This document shows positions 40,833 to 50,388 of a stretch of DNA of 64,000 nucleotides, piece by piece; the stretch's first letter is position 1; each line of letters starts with the position of its first letter. Source of the DNA: Bdellovibrionales bacterium (GTDB lineage: Bacteria > Bdellovibrionota > Bdellovibrionia > Bdellovibrionales > UBA1609); NCBI GenBank assembly GCA_965200875.1, contig OZ241456.1, positions 128,001 through 192,000 on the forward strand, written 5' to 3'. A program made the position numbers and the translations under genes. The notes below the pieces were generated by a model. The model saw only the letters and a program-made list of their open reading frames with translations, was not told the origin of the DNA and did not search any database.

Positions 40833-41453
40833 TTAACGACAAAGTGCGCCAGCACTGACCCATACACCATCTGTCCCTGCCACACTACCATTGCAATCAT
40901 TTGAGGAATCACCTGCACAATTTGAGCTACTTTCTTGGCAGAACCCTGAAACGGCAGACTCATCCCCTGAGGATTTTTTACAATAAGCACCTCCCTGTTT
41001 AGGGGAACTGTTGTTATTCGCCACAGAAAAACCAACTTCGTTTCCGTCAAACTCATTTACAACAGCAAATTTAAAACTAGAACTTCCTAGTGTACATTGA
41101 GATCTTACCATAGACGGAGCTGTATTATCCTCTTCATTTATATCATTTACAGATGCACACTCCCCTGACTCTTTTCTGTCAAAACCTATAAAACTTTTAG
41201 TTCCATAAGTGGAAGACTCTTTTAAAGAATTAAGACCAGCTTGTGCTAAGCTTGCACAAAAGTCCCCTTCTACAGCATTATAGGCATGATACGCCTTATA
41301 AGCATTACCTACATCGGACTTCAATACGGTTTTATTGGCATTTCCTCTGTAGTTGTTATAAGCCGGAATGGCCATAGCAGTTAGGACTCCTATAAGCCCC
41401 ATTGCCACCAGGATTTCGATCAGCGAAAATCCCTTGTTGTTTATTGTTTTCAT
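40833..41453 (-). CDS. pilA: Type IVa pilin
   Basis: Prepilin site KG|FSLIE, AIPAY, Cys-rich C-terminus. Confidence 0.9.
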   Translation of the reverse strand: MKTINNKGFSLIEILVAMGLIGVLTAMAIPAYNNYRGNANKTVLKSDVGNAYKAYHAYNAVEGDFCASLAQAGLNSLKESSTYGTKSFIGFDRKESGECASVNDINEEDNTAPSMVRSQCTLGSSSFKFAVVNEFDGNEVGFSVANNNSSPKQGGAYCKKSSGDESAVSGFCQESSSNCAGDSSNDCNGSVAGTDGVWVSAGALCR

Positions 41454-41680
41454 ATTACCCCCTTGGTTATTGGTTAGTTTTCTTTGGCTAAAACGCCTTG
41501 AGATTCATAATGTTTCTTTACTGTTTGTTTTTCTCTTTGCCCCAGTGTCTAAGCTCATAAGCTTTTTTTCATTTGGTATTTTAATTAACATCTTTTTTCA
41601 TGGTCTTTCTGAGATTTGTGTATTCTTGCTAAGTCGGAAATCCTAGTCAAAAAACTTTTTGTTTTTTAAGCCTAAAATAC

Positions 41681-41707
41681 CTTTCGGCATACATGGAAAA
41701 AACTTTA
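41681..41707 (-). promoter_or_regulatory. Sigma28 (FliA)-type promoter upstream of pilin
   Basis: TAAA-N15-GCCGAAAG versus consensus TAAA-N15-GCCGATAA. Confidence 0.7.
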
Positions 41708-41750
41708 AGCCTTTTGTCTAAAATTTTTGATTTTTTAAAAAATTAAGTAA

Positions 41751-41763
41751 TATCAAGTATTTA
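41751..41763. promoter_or_regulatory. IHF-like binding site
   Basis: TATCAAGTATTTA fits WATCAANNNNTTR; lies between two AAAATTTTTGATTTTTTAA repeats. Confidence 0.45.
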
Positions 41764-41941
41764 AAATTTTTGATTTTTTAAGATTTTTAGCAGATATCAG
41801 GGAGTGGTGAAAAGCAAGTTATTCTCATTTACAACCCCATCAGATCAATTTTTTCTGGACTTTCAAAAAAAGTTGTTTTTTAAATTAAATAAAAAAGGAG
41901 TCATCCAAAGTGCTTGCTAGGCCGGCCCTTCTTATTATTCC

Positions 41942-42298
41942 CTATCTTATTTTTTTATCTTGCAAGGCAATTAACCGACTGGTATTTGCGATTGAATCCT
42001 CAACGAGTTTAAGTATTGTGTTGTCAGTTTTAGATAATTGATTAAGTCTTTTTTCCATATATGCTTTATTATTCTTTATCTCCACTTTCATAGCACCCAT
42101 TTCCGAGCGTATATTATCCATTTCCGAGTGCATAGAGTGAGAATGTTCTTGTAACATCTGCTTATAACTCTCCGTTTTTTCATTCAGCATGACATTTACG
42201 CCTTTCAAAAGGAATGTCTTAAAAGCAATTAAAAAAATGCCGGAAGTCAAAATCAATGCCAATAAAGCCAATAGTACGGCCAGCGTTTCCATATTCAT
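41942..42298 (-). CDS. Single-TM coiled-coil hypothetical protein
   Basis: AGGGG RBS, ATG 42298, N-terminal hydrophobic helix, heptads. Confidence 0.7.
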   Translation of the reverse strand: MNMETLAVLLALLALILTSGIFLIAFKTFLLKGVNVMLNEKTESYKQMLQEHSHSMHSEMDNIRSEMGAMKVEIKNNKAYMEKRLNQLSKTDNTILKLVEDSIANTSRLIALQDKKIR

Positions 42299-42327
42299 AA
42301 TCAATCCCCTTTTGTTGTTTTTTATTA

Positions 42328-42588
42328 TCACTCACTATCCATGCCTAATAACGATAATAACCACCAAGGCAATTTCCTTTTAATCCATTTCAATACCTTT
42401 CCTCGATTTTGTTTTTTATTATCCAAAAGTTCATCTATCTGTTTTAAAGTCCTAAGCTTTTCTTGTAAAATTTTTTGACCTTCTATAGAGTGCATAGCTG
42501 GATAAATATACAAAATATTCCTTATTTCACAATAGACATATTCTTGCAATTTTTCGTTTTCTGTTAATCTCCTTGTGATTTGTCCCAC
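42328..42588 (-). CDS. Small hypothetical protein
   Basis: Overlapping operon arrangement; amphipathic C-terminus. Confidence 0.55.
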   Translation of the reverse strand: MGQITRRLTENEKLQEYVYCEIRNILYIYPAMHSIEGQKILQEKLRTLKQIDELLDNKKQNRGKVLKWIKRKLPWWLLSLLGMDSE

Positions 42589-42752
42589 TGTGATCTTCCT
42601 ACACTTTTATTTAAAAACTCTTTTATAGTCTTTAAATTTTCAATCTTTAATTTATAAAGTTTTTTACTTTCCTCTCCATTACTGAATTTTTTTTCTAAAT
42701 CCTGTATCTCTTTATCTACATCTAGAAAATCTTTTTGGGTATTTTTTTCCAT
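42564..42752 (-). CDS. Small hypothetical protein
   Basis: GGAGG RBS and extended -10 TGTGATATAAT upstream. Confidence 0.6.
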   Translation of the reverse strand: MEKNTQKDFLDVDKEIQDLEKKFSNGEESKKLYKLKIENLKTIKEFLNKSVGRSQWDKSQGD

Positions 42753-42798
42753 GATGCCCCTCCATTGTTTTGTTCTTTTATTATATCACATTGTTTTG

Positions 42799-43038
42799 TC
42801 AATTCTTTTCTGAATAAGAGTATGTATAAACAGAATAAACCGGCCCTGCGAATCTTGGGCCTCCGGGTTCTGCCTTATAACCCCTTATTGTCTCATACTC
42901 TCTCTCTATTGCTAAAGCTTGGTCATAAGTTAAACCAGAATACAGCACTTTAAAGTCTACAACAATAATACCTTTACTTTCCCATTCCTGTTTTCTTAAA
43001 TATGGATCCCGGGCAGTCATACCAATATATCTTTGCAT
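42799..43038 (-). CDS. Minimal GIY-YIG-like protein
   Basis: YIGMT..DP..R..E and ALAIE motifs; GAGG RBS. Confidence 0.55.
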   Translation of the reverse strand: MQRYIGMTARDPYLRKQEWESKGIIVVDFKVLYSGLTYDQALAIEREYETIRGYKAEPGGPRFAGPVYSVYTYSYSEKN

Positions 43039-43244
43039 TATCTATCCTCTGAATTATAATCAGCATTATATTTGACCGCTGTAAATACACCAGTCAAGAT
43101 AATTCCTTGAACTGTGTATTTTTTATACTCCGGGCCTGAAAATAAAGGTGGTACTCATAGGAGTAAAGCATCGCCCGGACAAGCCAGAGGAATACATAGG
43201 ACATTGCGGTTTAAATTATCACATCCAAGACTACTTTTTCCTCA

Positions 43245-43299
43245 AAAGTGCCTTAAAAAGCGGTGAACTAGCTTATCGGTCTGGTTTTTAAGGCACTTT
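43245..43299. repeat. 15-bp perfect inverted repeat with 25-nt spacer
   Basis: AAAGTGCCTTAAAAA (43245-43259) / TTTTTAAGGCACTTT (43285-43299). Confidence 0.85.
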
Positions 43300-43340
43300 A
43301 GACTTATTTCAAAAAAAATAAAAAAGGGCTTTAAATAGTC

Positions 43341-44255
43341 GGGCGTGATAAAGGTGTTAACGCACTGTTATTACTTGATTTTTTTATAATTTTGTTTGAA
43401 AATAATTGCAAGGTTTTACAACAAAGCCCTTTGTTTTCTTGCAAAATAAGGAAAGGAAAAAGCGTTATGATTCCACAAAATAATCAACACTCCGGCCAAC
43501 GAGATTTTTTCAAACAGAGAACAGATGAGGTAGCTCATAAAAACCACCCTCTGGTTATTTTATCAAATGCCTTTGATTGGGATATGTTTAACAAATGCTT
43601 CGGAGAGAAGTTTCATCCTGATAATGGACGTCCTGGTCTTTCCACTCGTTTAATGGTGGGTCTTCATTACATAAAGTATGCCTATAACTTAAGCGATGAA
43701 GCTTTATTGGAAAGATTTGTAGAAAATCCTCAGTGGCAATTTTTTTGTGGATTAGAGTATTACACAGACACTCCACCCTTGGATCGAAGTTCTTTAACCC
43801 GTTGGAGACAAAGAATGGGAGAAGAAAAGCTTACTGTCTTTCTAGAGGAGACAATAAATGTGGCTAGGAGAGAAGGTATGCTAAAGCGAAGTGAGCTTAA
43901 GACAGTGGTAGTGGATACAACCATTATGGAGAAAGCCATAGCCTTTCCAACAGATAGCAGACTTTATTTTAAGGCTTTGCAGTCTTTGGTTAACTTATGT
44001 AAAAAATCTGGGATTAAACTTCGTCAGACTTACAAAAGGAAGTCAAAGAAGAGTTTGTTTAAACAAGCCCGTTTAGCTCACTTGCGCAAATTTGGTAAGG
44101 CCCGCAGAGAACAAAGGAAGTTAAAAACTTACTTGGGTCGAGTGATACGTGATATTCAAAGAAAGTGTCCTTCTTGGAAAAATAATGTTCGTTTGAAAAA
44201 GGTTTTGGAAATAAGCCAAGCAGTGTTTGCACAAAAAAGAAATGAGTGGAGATAG
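43341..44255 (+). mobile_element. IS5-family element, 3'-truncated transposase (CDS 43467-44255)
   Basis: HPLV.L, GRPGLSTRLMVGL, NPQWQFFCG, SSLTRWR.R, VVDTT.MEK.I.FPTD; stops before the rest of the DDE domain; left boundary approximate. Confidence 0.85.
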
Positions 44256-44315
44256 ATTTTTTTATTATCTATGTTTAAAAAGACTTTAACGGACCACTAT
44301 ATAGATTAAAAGAGC

Positions 44316-44603
44316 TTATTTCTTTTGCTTTAAAAGCAATTCATACAATTTGTCAAAACGATTACTTAACTGATCAATACGATCGCTTAATTTATCAATT
44401 TTTTTATTTGTTTCAGTATTAAGAGTTTCAATTTTTTTATTTGTTTCAGTGATATGGTTAGTCAATAACTTTTCGATAGGCTTTATTTTATTGTCTATGG
44501 AGTTTGTAATCAGCCAACCCAGATTTCCAAACAGAGCACTTGTGTAAAGAACAAAAAATGAAAGAGCTACCCATAAACTTTTATCTGACTTTTTTTGGTT
44601 CAT
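44316..44603 (-). CDS. Membrane-anchored coiled-coil protein (dispersed family, copy 1)
   Basis: W-x8-YT TM helix; NHITETNKKI; RFDKLYELLLK; RBS AGGGAAGGA. Confidence 0.8.
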   Translation of the reverse strand: MNQKKSDKSLWVALSFFVLYTSALFGNLGWLITNSIDNKIKPIEKLLTNHITETNKKIETLNTETNKKIDKLSDRIDQLSNRFDKLYELLLKQKK

Positions 44604-44743
44604 ATTCCTTCCCTACTCGATATAATTGAATATAACATATTTAAATTAATACATTCAGATTGAAAAATTGCGTAAAAAGTGAATTTTTACAAGTTGACAG
44701 TCTCCCTGAACTCCTAAAACTGAAAAATAGTTTTTAATTACAA

Positions 44744-46219
44744 TCAAAAGGGAGGGGGATCATTAGGGGAGTTTCTTACAGGAGGTCTTTCCATAGGGGA
44801 GTTACCCATAGGGGGTCTTCCCACATCATGAGGGCCTGTCATAATTTGTGTATTTTCGGCTATGGGAATATAGTTTTCAAACAGTCCAAAACGAGCATCC
44901 CATTTTAAGGTGACTTTTCCGGTGGGTCCGTTTCTTTGCTTGTTTAATATAACTTCTGCTAAGCCCGCTTTTTCACTGTTATCATTGTAGTAATCATCAC
45001 GATAAAGCATCATAATTACATCTGCGTCTTGTTCGAGGGAGCCGGATTCCCTTAAGTCCGAAAGCAGAGGTCGCCGATTCACTCTCCCCTCCACTCCCCG
45101 GTTTAACTGAGAAAGTGCTACTACGGGAATCTGAAGTTCTTTGGCCAGAGATTTGAGAAGTCGGGATATTTCAGAAACCTCTCTTTCCCGGCTCTCCATA
45201 GTTGCTTTAAGGCTCATCAGTTGCAGATAATCCACGATTAAAAGATCTAGGCCGTGTTGAGATTTGAGTTTTCTTGCCCGCGAGCGAATCTCAAAAGGGG
45301 ATAGAAAAGAGGAATCATCTAAAAAAAAGGTCACATCATTTAACTTAGAACCGGCCACTATCAGATTATCCCAGTCTTGGGTTGTAATCTGCCCGGTTCT
45401 TAAGTGAGATAAAGGAACTTTGCCGGTCAAAGATAAAAGCCTCATCAAAATTTGCTCTTTAGCCATTTCCACTGAAAAAAAAGCCACTTTTTTATTGTTC
45501 AAGCTGGCATTTAGAGCAATGTTTAAGCTGAAGGCAGTTTTTCCCATGGAAGGTCTAGCCGCAATAATACTAAGCTCTCCAGACTGAAAACCTGAAGTCA
45601 GATGATCCAGCTCTGAAAAATTAGTGGAAATCCCGGTGACACTTAATCTTTTGCCTTGTAAATCCTCTAGGCGTTTTAAGCTTTCGGCTACCATATCAGG
45701 AACTGGCAAAAGTTGCTTTTGAGTAAGATTTTCTGTAAATTGAAAAAGATCTTTTTCCAAAGAATCAATAAAATGTTCTAATTTGAAAAAATCATGGCTG
45801 ATAGCTCTTTGCCGAAAATCAGAACAAAGATGAATGATTTTTCTTAAAATGGATTTTTCGCGAATGATGTGGGAGCACTCTTCTGCGGAAACGGGAGAAG
45901 CACTTTCTTCCACCAATTCTGCCAGATATAAGGATCCGCCGGAGCTTTCTAGTTTCCCATTTTTTTTCAATTCCTCGCTAATGCGGAGAATATCCCCGGA
46001 CCGATCGGACTTATAGAGTGTTTCCATACAGGAAAAAATATCCTGATGGGCTGGTTTGTGGAAATCTTCCGACTTCAGGATTTCCATCACTTCGTCCCAG
46101 GTTTTTTGTTGTCCGGCGAGCAAAGCCCCTAAGATAAATCGTTCTCCTTCCAGAGAAGAAGGCAGGAATTTATGCTCTGTTTGAGAAAAAGGTTTTTTTC
46201 GGGTTTTAGAAAAGGGCAT
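44744..46219 (-). CDS. dnaB: Replicative DNA helicase DnaB
   Basis: AARPSMGKT, VDYLQLM, ALSQLNR, DLRESGSLEQDAD, KQRNGPTG. Confidence 0.97.
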   Translation of the reverse strand: MPFSKTRKKPFSQTEHKFLPSSLEGERFILGALLAGQQKTWDEVMEILKSEDFHKPAHQDIFSCMETLYKSDRSGDILRISEELKKNGKLESSGGSLYLAELVEESASPVSAEECSHIIREKSILRKIIHLCSDFRQRAISHDFFKLEHFIDSLEKDLFQFTENLTQKQLLPVPDMVAESLKRLEDLQGKRLSVTGISTNFSELDHLTSGFQSGELSIIAARPSMGKTAFSLNIALNASLNNKKVAFFSVEMAKEQILMRLLSLTGKVPLSHLRTGQITTQDWDNLIVAGSKLNDVTFFLDDSSFLSPFEIRSRARKLKSQHGLDLLIVDYLQLMSLKATMESREREVSEISRLLKSLAKELQIPVVALSQLNRGVEGRVNRRPLLSDLRESGSLEQDADVIMMLYRDDYYNDNSEKAGLAEVILNKQRNGPTGKVTLKWDARFGLFENYIPIAENTQIMTGPHDVGRPPMGNSPMERPPVRNSPNDPPPF

Positions 46220-46311
46220 CACAGATGAGGACTTTACAGGCAAGGACCAGGGTTTATCAAGCAAAAAAATTGGACTTTTATTATTAAACTTCTTTTTTTA
46301 CACTATTTGTA

Positions 46312-48675
46312 ATGAAAGCAGTATTTTATGGATACAGAGCGGATATTGTTGGCTTGTTTTGGCTGGCGGTGGCTTTTTTTTTCAGTTTAGCTTTAGGCAG
46401 TTATTATCCTCTGGACCCTTCTTTTAACGCTATTGGCACGGTATTGGCTCAGGCACAAAACAAATGTGGTTATCTGGGCTCCTTTATGGCGGACCTGCTC
46501 TATCAGGGTTTTGGTCTTTCCTCTTGGGTGTTTGTTCTGCTGGCTTTAAGGCAGTCCATGCTTGTTTTTCAAAGAAAATGGACGGAAATGGAATGGATGA
46601 ATAACCTGATAATATTATTTTTAAGTCTTTTTGTTTGTTCTTCGTTATTGGAATTGCATCAACCAGGAAGAAGATTTTTTGAGGGGCATATTCTTCCTGG
46701 AGGAGCATTGGGTCGTGCTGTTGTGAAAATCAGTGAACCATTTTTACATTTTCCAGGGCAGGTTCTTGTATTGTGGTCATTGGCTCTGGCCCTTTTTGTT
46801 TTGATCACAAAAGTTCCTGTTTCCGATTTGGTTTTGAAAACAGGGATTCTTTTAAAAAAAGGAGCGGTGAAAACTTTTTTGCTTTTTAGTTCCCATGTTT
46901 ATAAGATTTTCGTAAAAGCCCTTGGGCTTTTTATTTCTTTTTCGACTGCGAGTTTGGTTTTTCTGAGAAAAAAAACAGGCTTTAAGTTTCCGTTTCTTTC
47001 TTCCACCACCACTACTTCTTCTTCCCTTCCCTCTTTTCCCGCAGATTCTTCTTTAAAGAAATCAGATGGCAAAGGCGTTCTTTTTTCTTCGGTTTCCTCC
47101 GCTGAAAATTATTTTTTTCAGGAAGAAAAATCAGCAGAGGAAGAGGGGGTTGGAACAGAGGAAATGGAGGACGGGGAATATAAAGATCCCGCACAGATAA
47201 AATGGACTTTGCCTACAGCAGATTTGTTAAATCCTGTGATTTCTTCTTGGCAGATGAGTGCTAGGGAAAGCCGGGCAGATGCAGAGAGGCTCAAGGAAAA
47301 ATTAAAACAGTTTTCCATCTCCGGGGAGATCACCAATATTCGAACCGGCCCGGTTATTACTTTGTTTGAGTTCAAACCGGAAGATCATGTTAAAGTGGCT
47401 CGTATCACACAGATGGAAGACGACTTAATGATAGCACTTAAAAGCAAGTCCATAAGAATTATTGCCCCTATTCCTGGTAGAGATGTGGTGGGAATTGAAA
47501 CCGCTCACACTAAACGGCAGATGGTGTATTTAAAAAGCCTAGTGAATGAGCCAATTTTTTTGGAGAAAAACTGTGATTTACCTTTAGTTTTAGGCCGTCA
47601 TGTGGATGGCCGATCCGCCATTTTGGATTTGGGAAAAATCCCCCATCTGATGGTGGCGGGATCTACAGGATCAGGGAAATCTGTATTTATAGTGTCTTTT
47701 CTTTTGAGTTTGCTTTTTCGCCATACTCCTCAGAGTTTGCGCTTATTGCTGGTGGATCCTAAAAGAGTGGACTTAAGTGTTTTTAGTGGTCTTCCGCATC
47801 TATTGGCTCCGCCGGCTCGTGAAGCCAAATCCGCTGTAGAGGTTTTGGAGTGGTGTTTAAGGGAAATGTATAAAAGATATCGCTCTCTTTCCCGTTTTCA
47901 GGCTCGGGATCTTAGAGGATTCAATGAGAGAATAAAACACTTAAGTGCTGAAGAGATTCAACAAAATGAAGAGTTCTCAGAAAGTTTGGAAAAAACAGAA
48001 GAGGATTACTACTTTTTACCACAGCCTTATATTTGTGTTGTGTTGGAAGAGTTTGGCGACTTAATGGCCTCTCCAGAGAGAAGTCGTGTTGAAAGCTTGG
48101 TGGTGCGACTTGCGCAGATGGCCCGGGCCTGTGGGATACATTTGATTTTATCCATGCAAAGCCCTAGGAAAGATGTGGTGACAGGCTTGATAAAAACCAA
48201 TATCCCCGGTCGGATTAGTTTCAAAGTTTCCTCCCGTATTGACTCCCGTATTATATTGGATGAAGGAGGCGCGGAAAGGCTTCTTTCTCAAGGGGATATG
48301 CTCTATTTGGGGCCAGGTCAGGCCCGACCAGAAAGGTATCATGGTCCTTTTGTGAGCGAAAAGGAAGTGTCATCTGTTGTGCAGTTTTGGAAAAGGCAGT
48401 CTCCCGGCAATAACTTTTATGTGGTAAAATTTTCCTCAGAGGAAAAAAGGTTTAGGACTAGGGAAAGTATGTCTTTGGACCCGGAAGAAGATCAAAAGTA
48501 CGAAGAGGTATTTTCTTATGTGTCAGAGCTTAAAGAGGTAAGTGCTTCTCATTTGCAAAGAAGATATGGCTTGGGTTATCCTCGGGCGGCTAGGCTCATT
48601 GATCGTCTGGAAGAAGAGGGTGTGGTGGGTCCTGCCAGAGGGAGCAAACCCCGTGAAGTGTTGGGACATAAATAA
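46312..48675 (+). CDS. ftsK: DNA translocase FtsK
   Basis: 4TM N-terminus, PHLMVAGSTGSGKS, ARACGIHL, gamma domain SASHLQRR..GYPRAARL. Confidence 0.96.
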   Translation: MKAVFYGYRADIVGLFWLAVAFFFSLALGSYYPLDPSFNAIGTVLAQAQNKCGYLGSFMADLLYQGFGLSSWVFVLLALRQSMLVFQRKWTEMEWMNNLIILFLSLFVCSSLLELHQPGRRFFEGHILPGGALGRAVVKISEPFLHFPGQVLVLWSLALALFVLITKVPVSDLVLKTGILLKKGAVKTFLLFSSHVYKIFVKALGLFISFSTASLVFLRKKTGFKFPFLSSTTTTSSSLPSFPADSSLKKSDGKGVLFSSVSSAENYFFQEEKSAEEEGVGTEEMEDGEYKDPAQIKWTLPTADLLNPVISSWQMSARESRADAERLKEKLKQFSISGEITNIRTGPVITLFEFKPEDHVKVARITQMEDDLMIALKSKSIRIIAPIPGRDVVGIETAHTKRQMVYLKSLVNEPIFLEKNCDLPLVLGRHVDGRSAILDLGKIPHLMVAGSTGSGKSVFIVSFLLSLLFRHTPQSLRLLLVDPKRVDLSVFSGLPHLLAPPAREAKSAVEVLEWCLREMYKRYRSLSRFQARDLRGFNERIKHLSAEEIQQNEEFSESLEKTEEDYYFLPQPYICVVLEEFGDLMASPERSRVESLVVRLAQMARACGIHLILSMQSPRKDVVTGLIKTNIPGRISFKVSSRIDSRIILDEGGAERLLSQGDMLYLGPGQARPERYHGPFVSEKEVSSVVQFWKRQSPGNNFYVVKFSSEEKRFRTRESMSLDPEEDQKYEEVFSYVSELKEVSASHLQRRYGLGYPRAARLIDRLEEEGVVGPARGSKPREVLGHK

Positions 48676-48692
48676 AAACTAAGGATTAAAAA

Positions 48693-49574
48693 ATGAAAAA
48701 GATGGAAGGGATTATTACAGCTCTTGCCACACCTTTTCAGGAAGGAAAATTGGATGAAGAGTCTTTTGGAAAACTCATTCAGTTTCAAAAAGATCAGGGG
48801 GTGGATGGCTTTGTGATAAACGGCACCACGGGGGAAAGTCCTTGCCTGTTTCCAAAAGAGGTGGAAAAGCTTTTTGAATGGACTAAGGAGAAGGCAGGAG
48901 AAAAACTTCTTATACTGGGGGTGGGGGGAAACTCCACTGAGAAGACTTTGGAAAATATCAAGATCGCGGAAAATTTACAGGCAGATGCAGTATTGGCTGT
49001 GGTGCCTTATTATAACAAGCCTCCTCAACGGGGGCTTATAAAGCATTTTAAAAAGCTTTCGGAAAAAAGCTCTTTACCGATTCTGTTATATAATGTTCCA
49101 GCTCGTACCGGAGTGGGGCTTTCTCTAGAAAGTGTTTTGGAATTAAGCCGTGAGACTAATATTTTGGGTATTAAGGAGGCCAGTGGTGACTTACAGTTTG
49201 GAAGGGCAATTATTGAAAAAACGAATAAAGATTTTGTTGTATTAAGTGGAGATGATGAAACCGGCCTGGATCTTTTTGCCCTTGGTGGAAAAGGTATAAT
49301 CTCTGTCATAAGCCATATTCTGGGGAAAGAAATGAAAAACTTGCTTCAAAGGATAAAAGAAGGCCAAAAAGAAACTCCTTTAAAAGAGTATAAGGAAAAG
49401 TACGGAGAACTTTTAAAAAATATTTATGCAGAAAGCAACCCCATAGGAATTAAAATGGCTTTAAAGCTGAAAGGTGTTTTTAAATCCGCAGAACTCAGAA
49501 GTCCTTTGGTGAGTCTAGAGGGGCAAAAGGTAATCTCCTTAAAAGAAACTCTTAAATCCAAAGGGTTATTATAA
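48693..49574 (+). CDS. dapA: 4-hydroxy-tetrahydrodipicolinate synthase
   Basis: GTTGES, PYYNKP, LYNVPART, GIKEASG. Confidence 0.96.
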   Translation: MKKMEGIITALATPFQEGKLDEESFGKLIQFQKDQGVDGFVINGTTGESPCLFPKEVEKLFEWTKEKAGEKLLILGVGGNSTEKTLENIKIAENLQADAVLAVVPYYNKPPQRGLIKHFKKLSEKSSLPILLYNVPARTGVGLSLESVLELSRETNILGIKEASGDLQFGRAIIEKTNKDFVVLSGDDETGLDLFALGGKGIISVISHILGKEMKNLLQRIKEGQKETPLKEYKEKYGELLKNIYAESNPIGIKMALKLKGVFKSAELRSPLVSLEGQKVISLKETLKSKGLL

Positions 49575-49603
49575 AGGTTCTGGCTGGAGCAAGATATGGA
49601 GGC

Positions 49604-50383
49604 GTGTTGAATCTAAAAAAAAGTAAAGCTTTAAAAAACCGGTCCAGTTTGCGTCATCGGAAAATCAAAGTGGGGCTAAGTGGTGCGAGCGGGCGAATGG
49701 GGCAGGCCGTAAAAGAGCTGATACAGGTAAAAAATTCCGACTTTGTACTCACTTCGGAAATGCCTTCGCCTTCTGTTGAGCATAAAGGGGTTTTGCGAAC
49801 GATAAAAGCTGGTTTTGATAAATGGGATTCTCGGCAAATAACTGCTGTGATTGACTTTTCCTCTCCGGAACTTTTTGACAAAGCCTTAAACTGGTGTCTT
49901 TCAAATAAAAAACCCTTCGTGAGTGGCACTACGGCTTTAAGTTCCATTCAGAAAAAAAAACTTAACCAAGCCAGCAAAAAAATTCCTGTCTTTTATGAAG
50001 AGAACATGAGTTGGGGAATTTGGCAGATAAAAAAGTGGATCCAAAGGATATCTAATCAGGCTGGAAGGATTTTATTGGAGGATATTCATCATAAAAACAA
50101 AAAAGATAAACCCAGTGGAACAGCCTTAAAATTAAAAAGACATTTACCGGCTTTTGCTCAGAAAAAACTAAAAATAAAAAGCTTTCGTAAGGGAGAGGAA
50201 TTTGGTACTCACCGATTTGTATTTTTTGGTGAAGAGGAACAGGTGATTTTAGAGCACAAAGCTTTAAGCAGGCTTTTATTTGCAGGAGGAGCTTTAAAAG
50301 CTTTAAAATGGTTGGTAAAAAAACCTTCCGGGCTTTATTCTTTTGAAGATCTTTATAAAGAAAACCTAAAAAAGAAAGGATAA
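49604..50383 (+). CDS. dapB: 4-hydroxy-tetrahydrodipicolinate reductase
   Basis: GASGRMG, IDFS, GTT, HHKNKKDKPSGTA. Confidence 0.93.
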   Translation: MLNLKKSKALKNRSSLRHRKIKVGLSGASGRMGQAVKELIQVKNSDFVLTSEMPSPSVEHKGVLRTIKAGFDKWDSRQITAVIDFSSPELFDKALNWCLSNKKPFVSGTTALSSIQKKKLNQASKKIPVFYEENMSWGIWQIKKWIQRISNQAGRILLEDIHHKNKKDKPSGTALKLKRHLPAFAQKKLKIKSFRKGEEFGTHRFVFFGEEEQVILEHKALSRLLFAGGALKALKWLVKKPSGLYSFEDLYKENLKKKG

Positions 50384-50388
50384 AAAAA

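Noticed and set aside
38000..44600. Prophage or integron
   Set aside because: No integrase, structural genes or attC-like repeats seen
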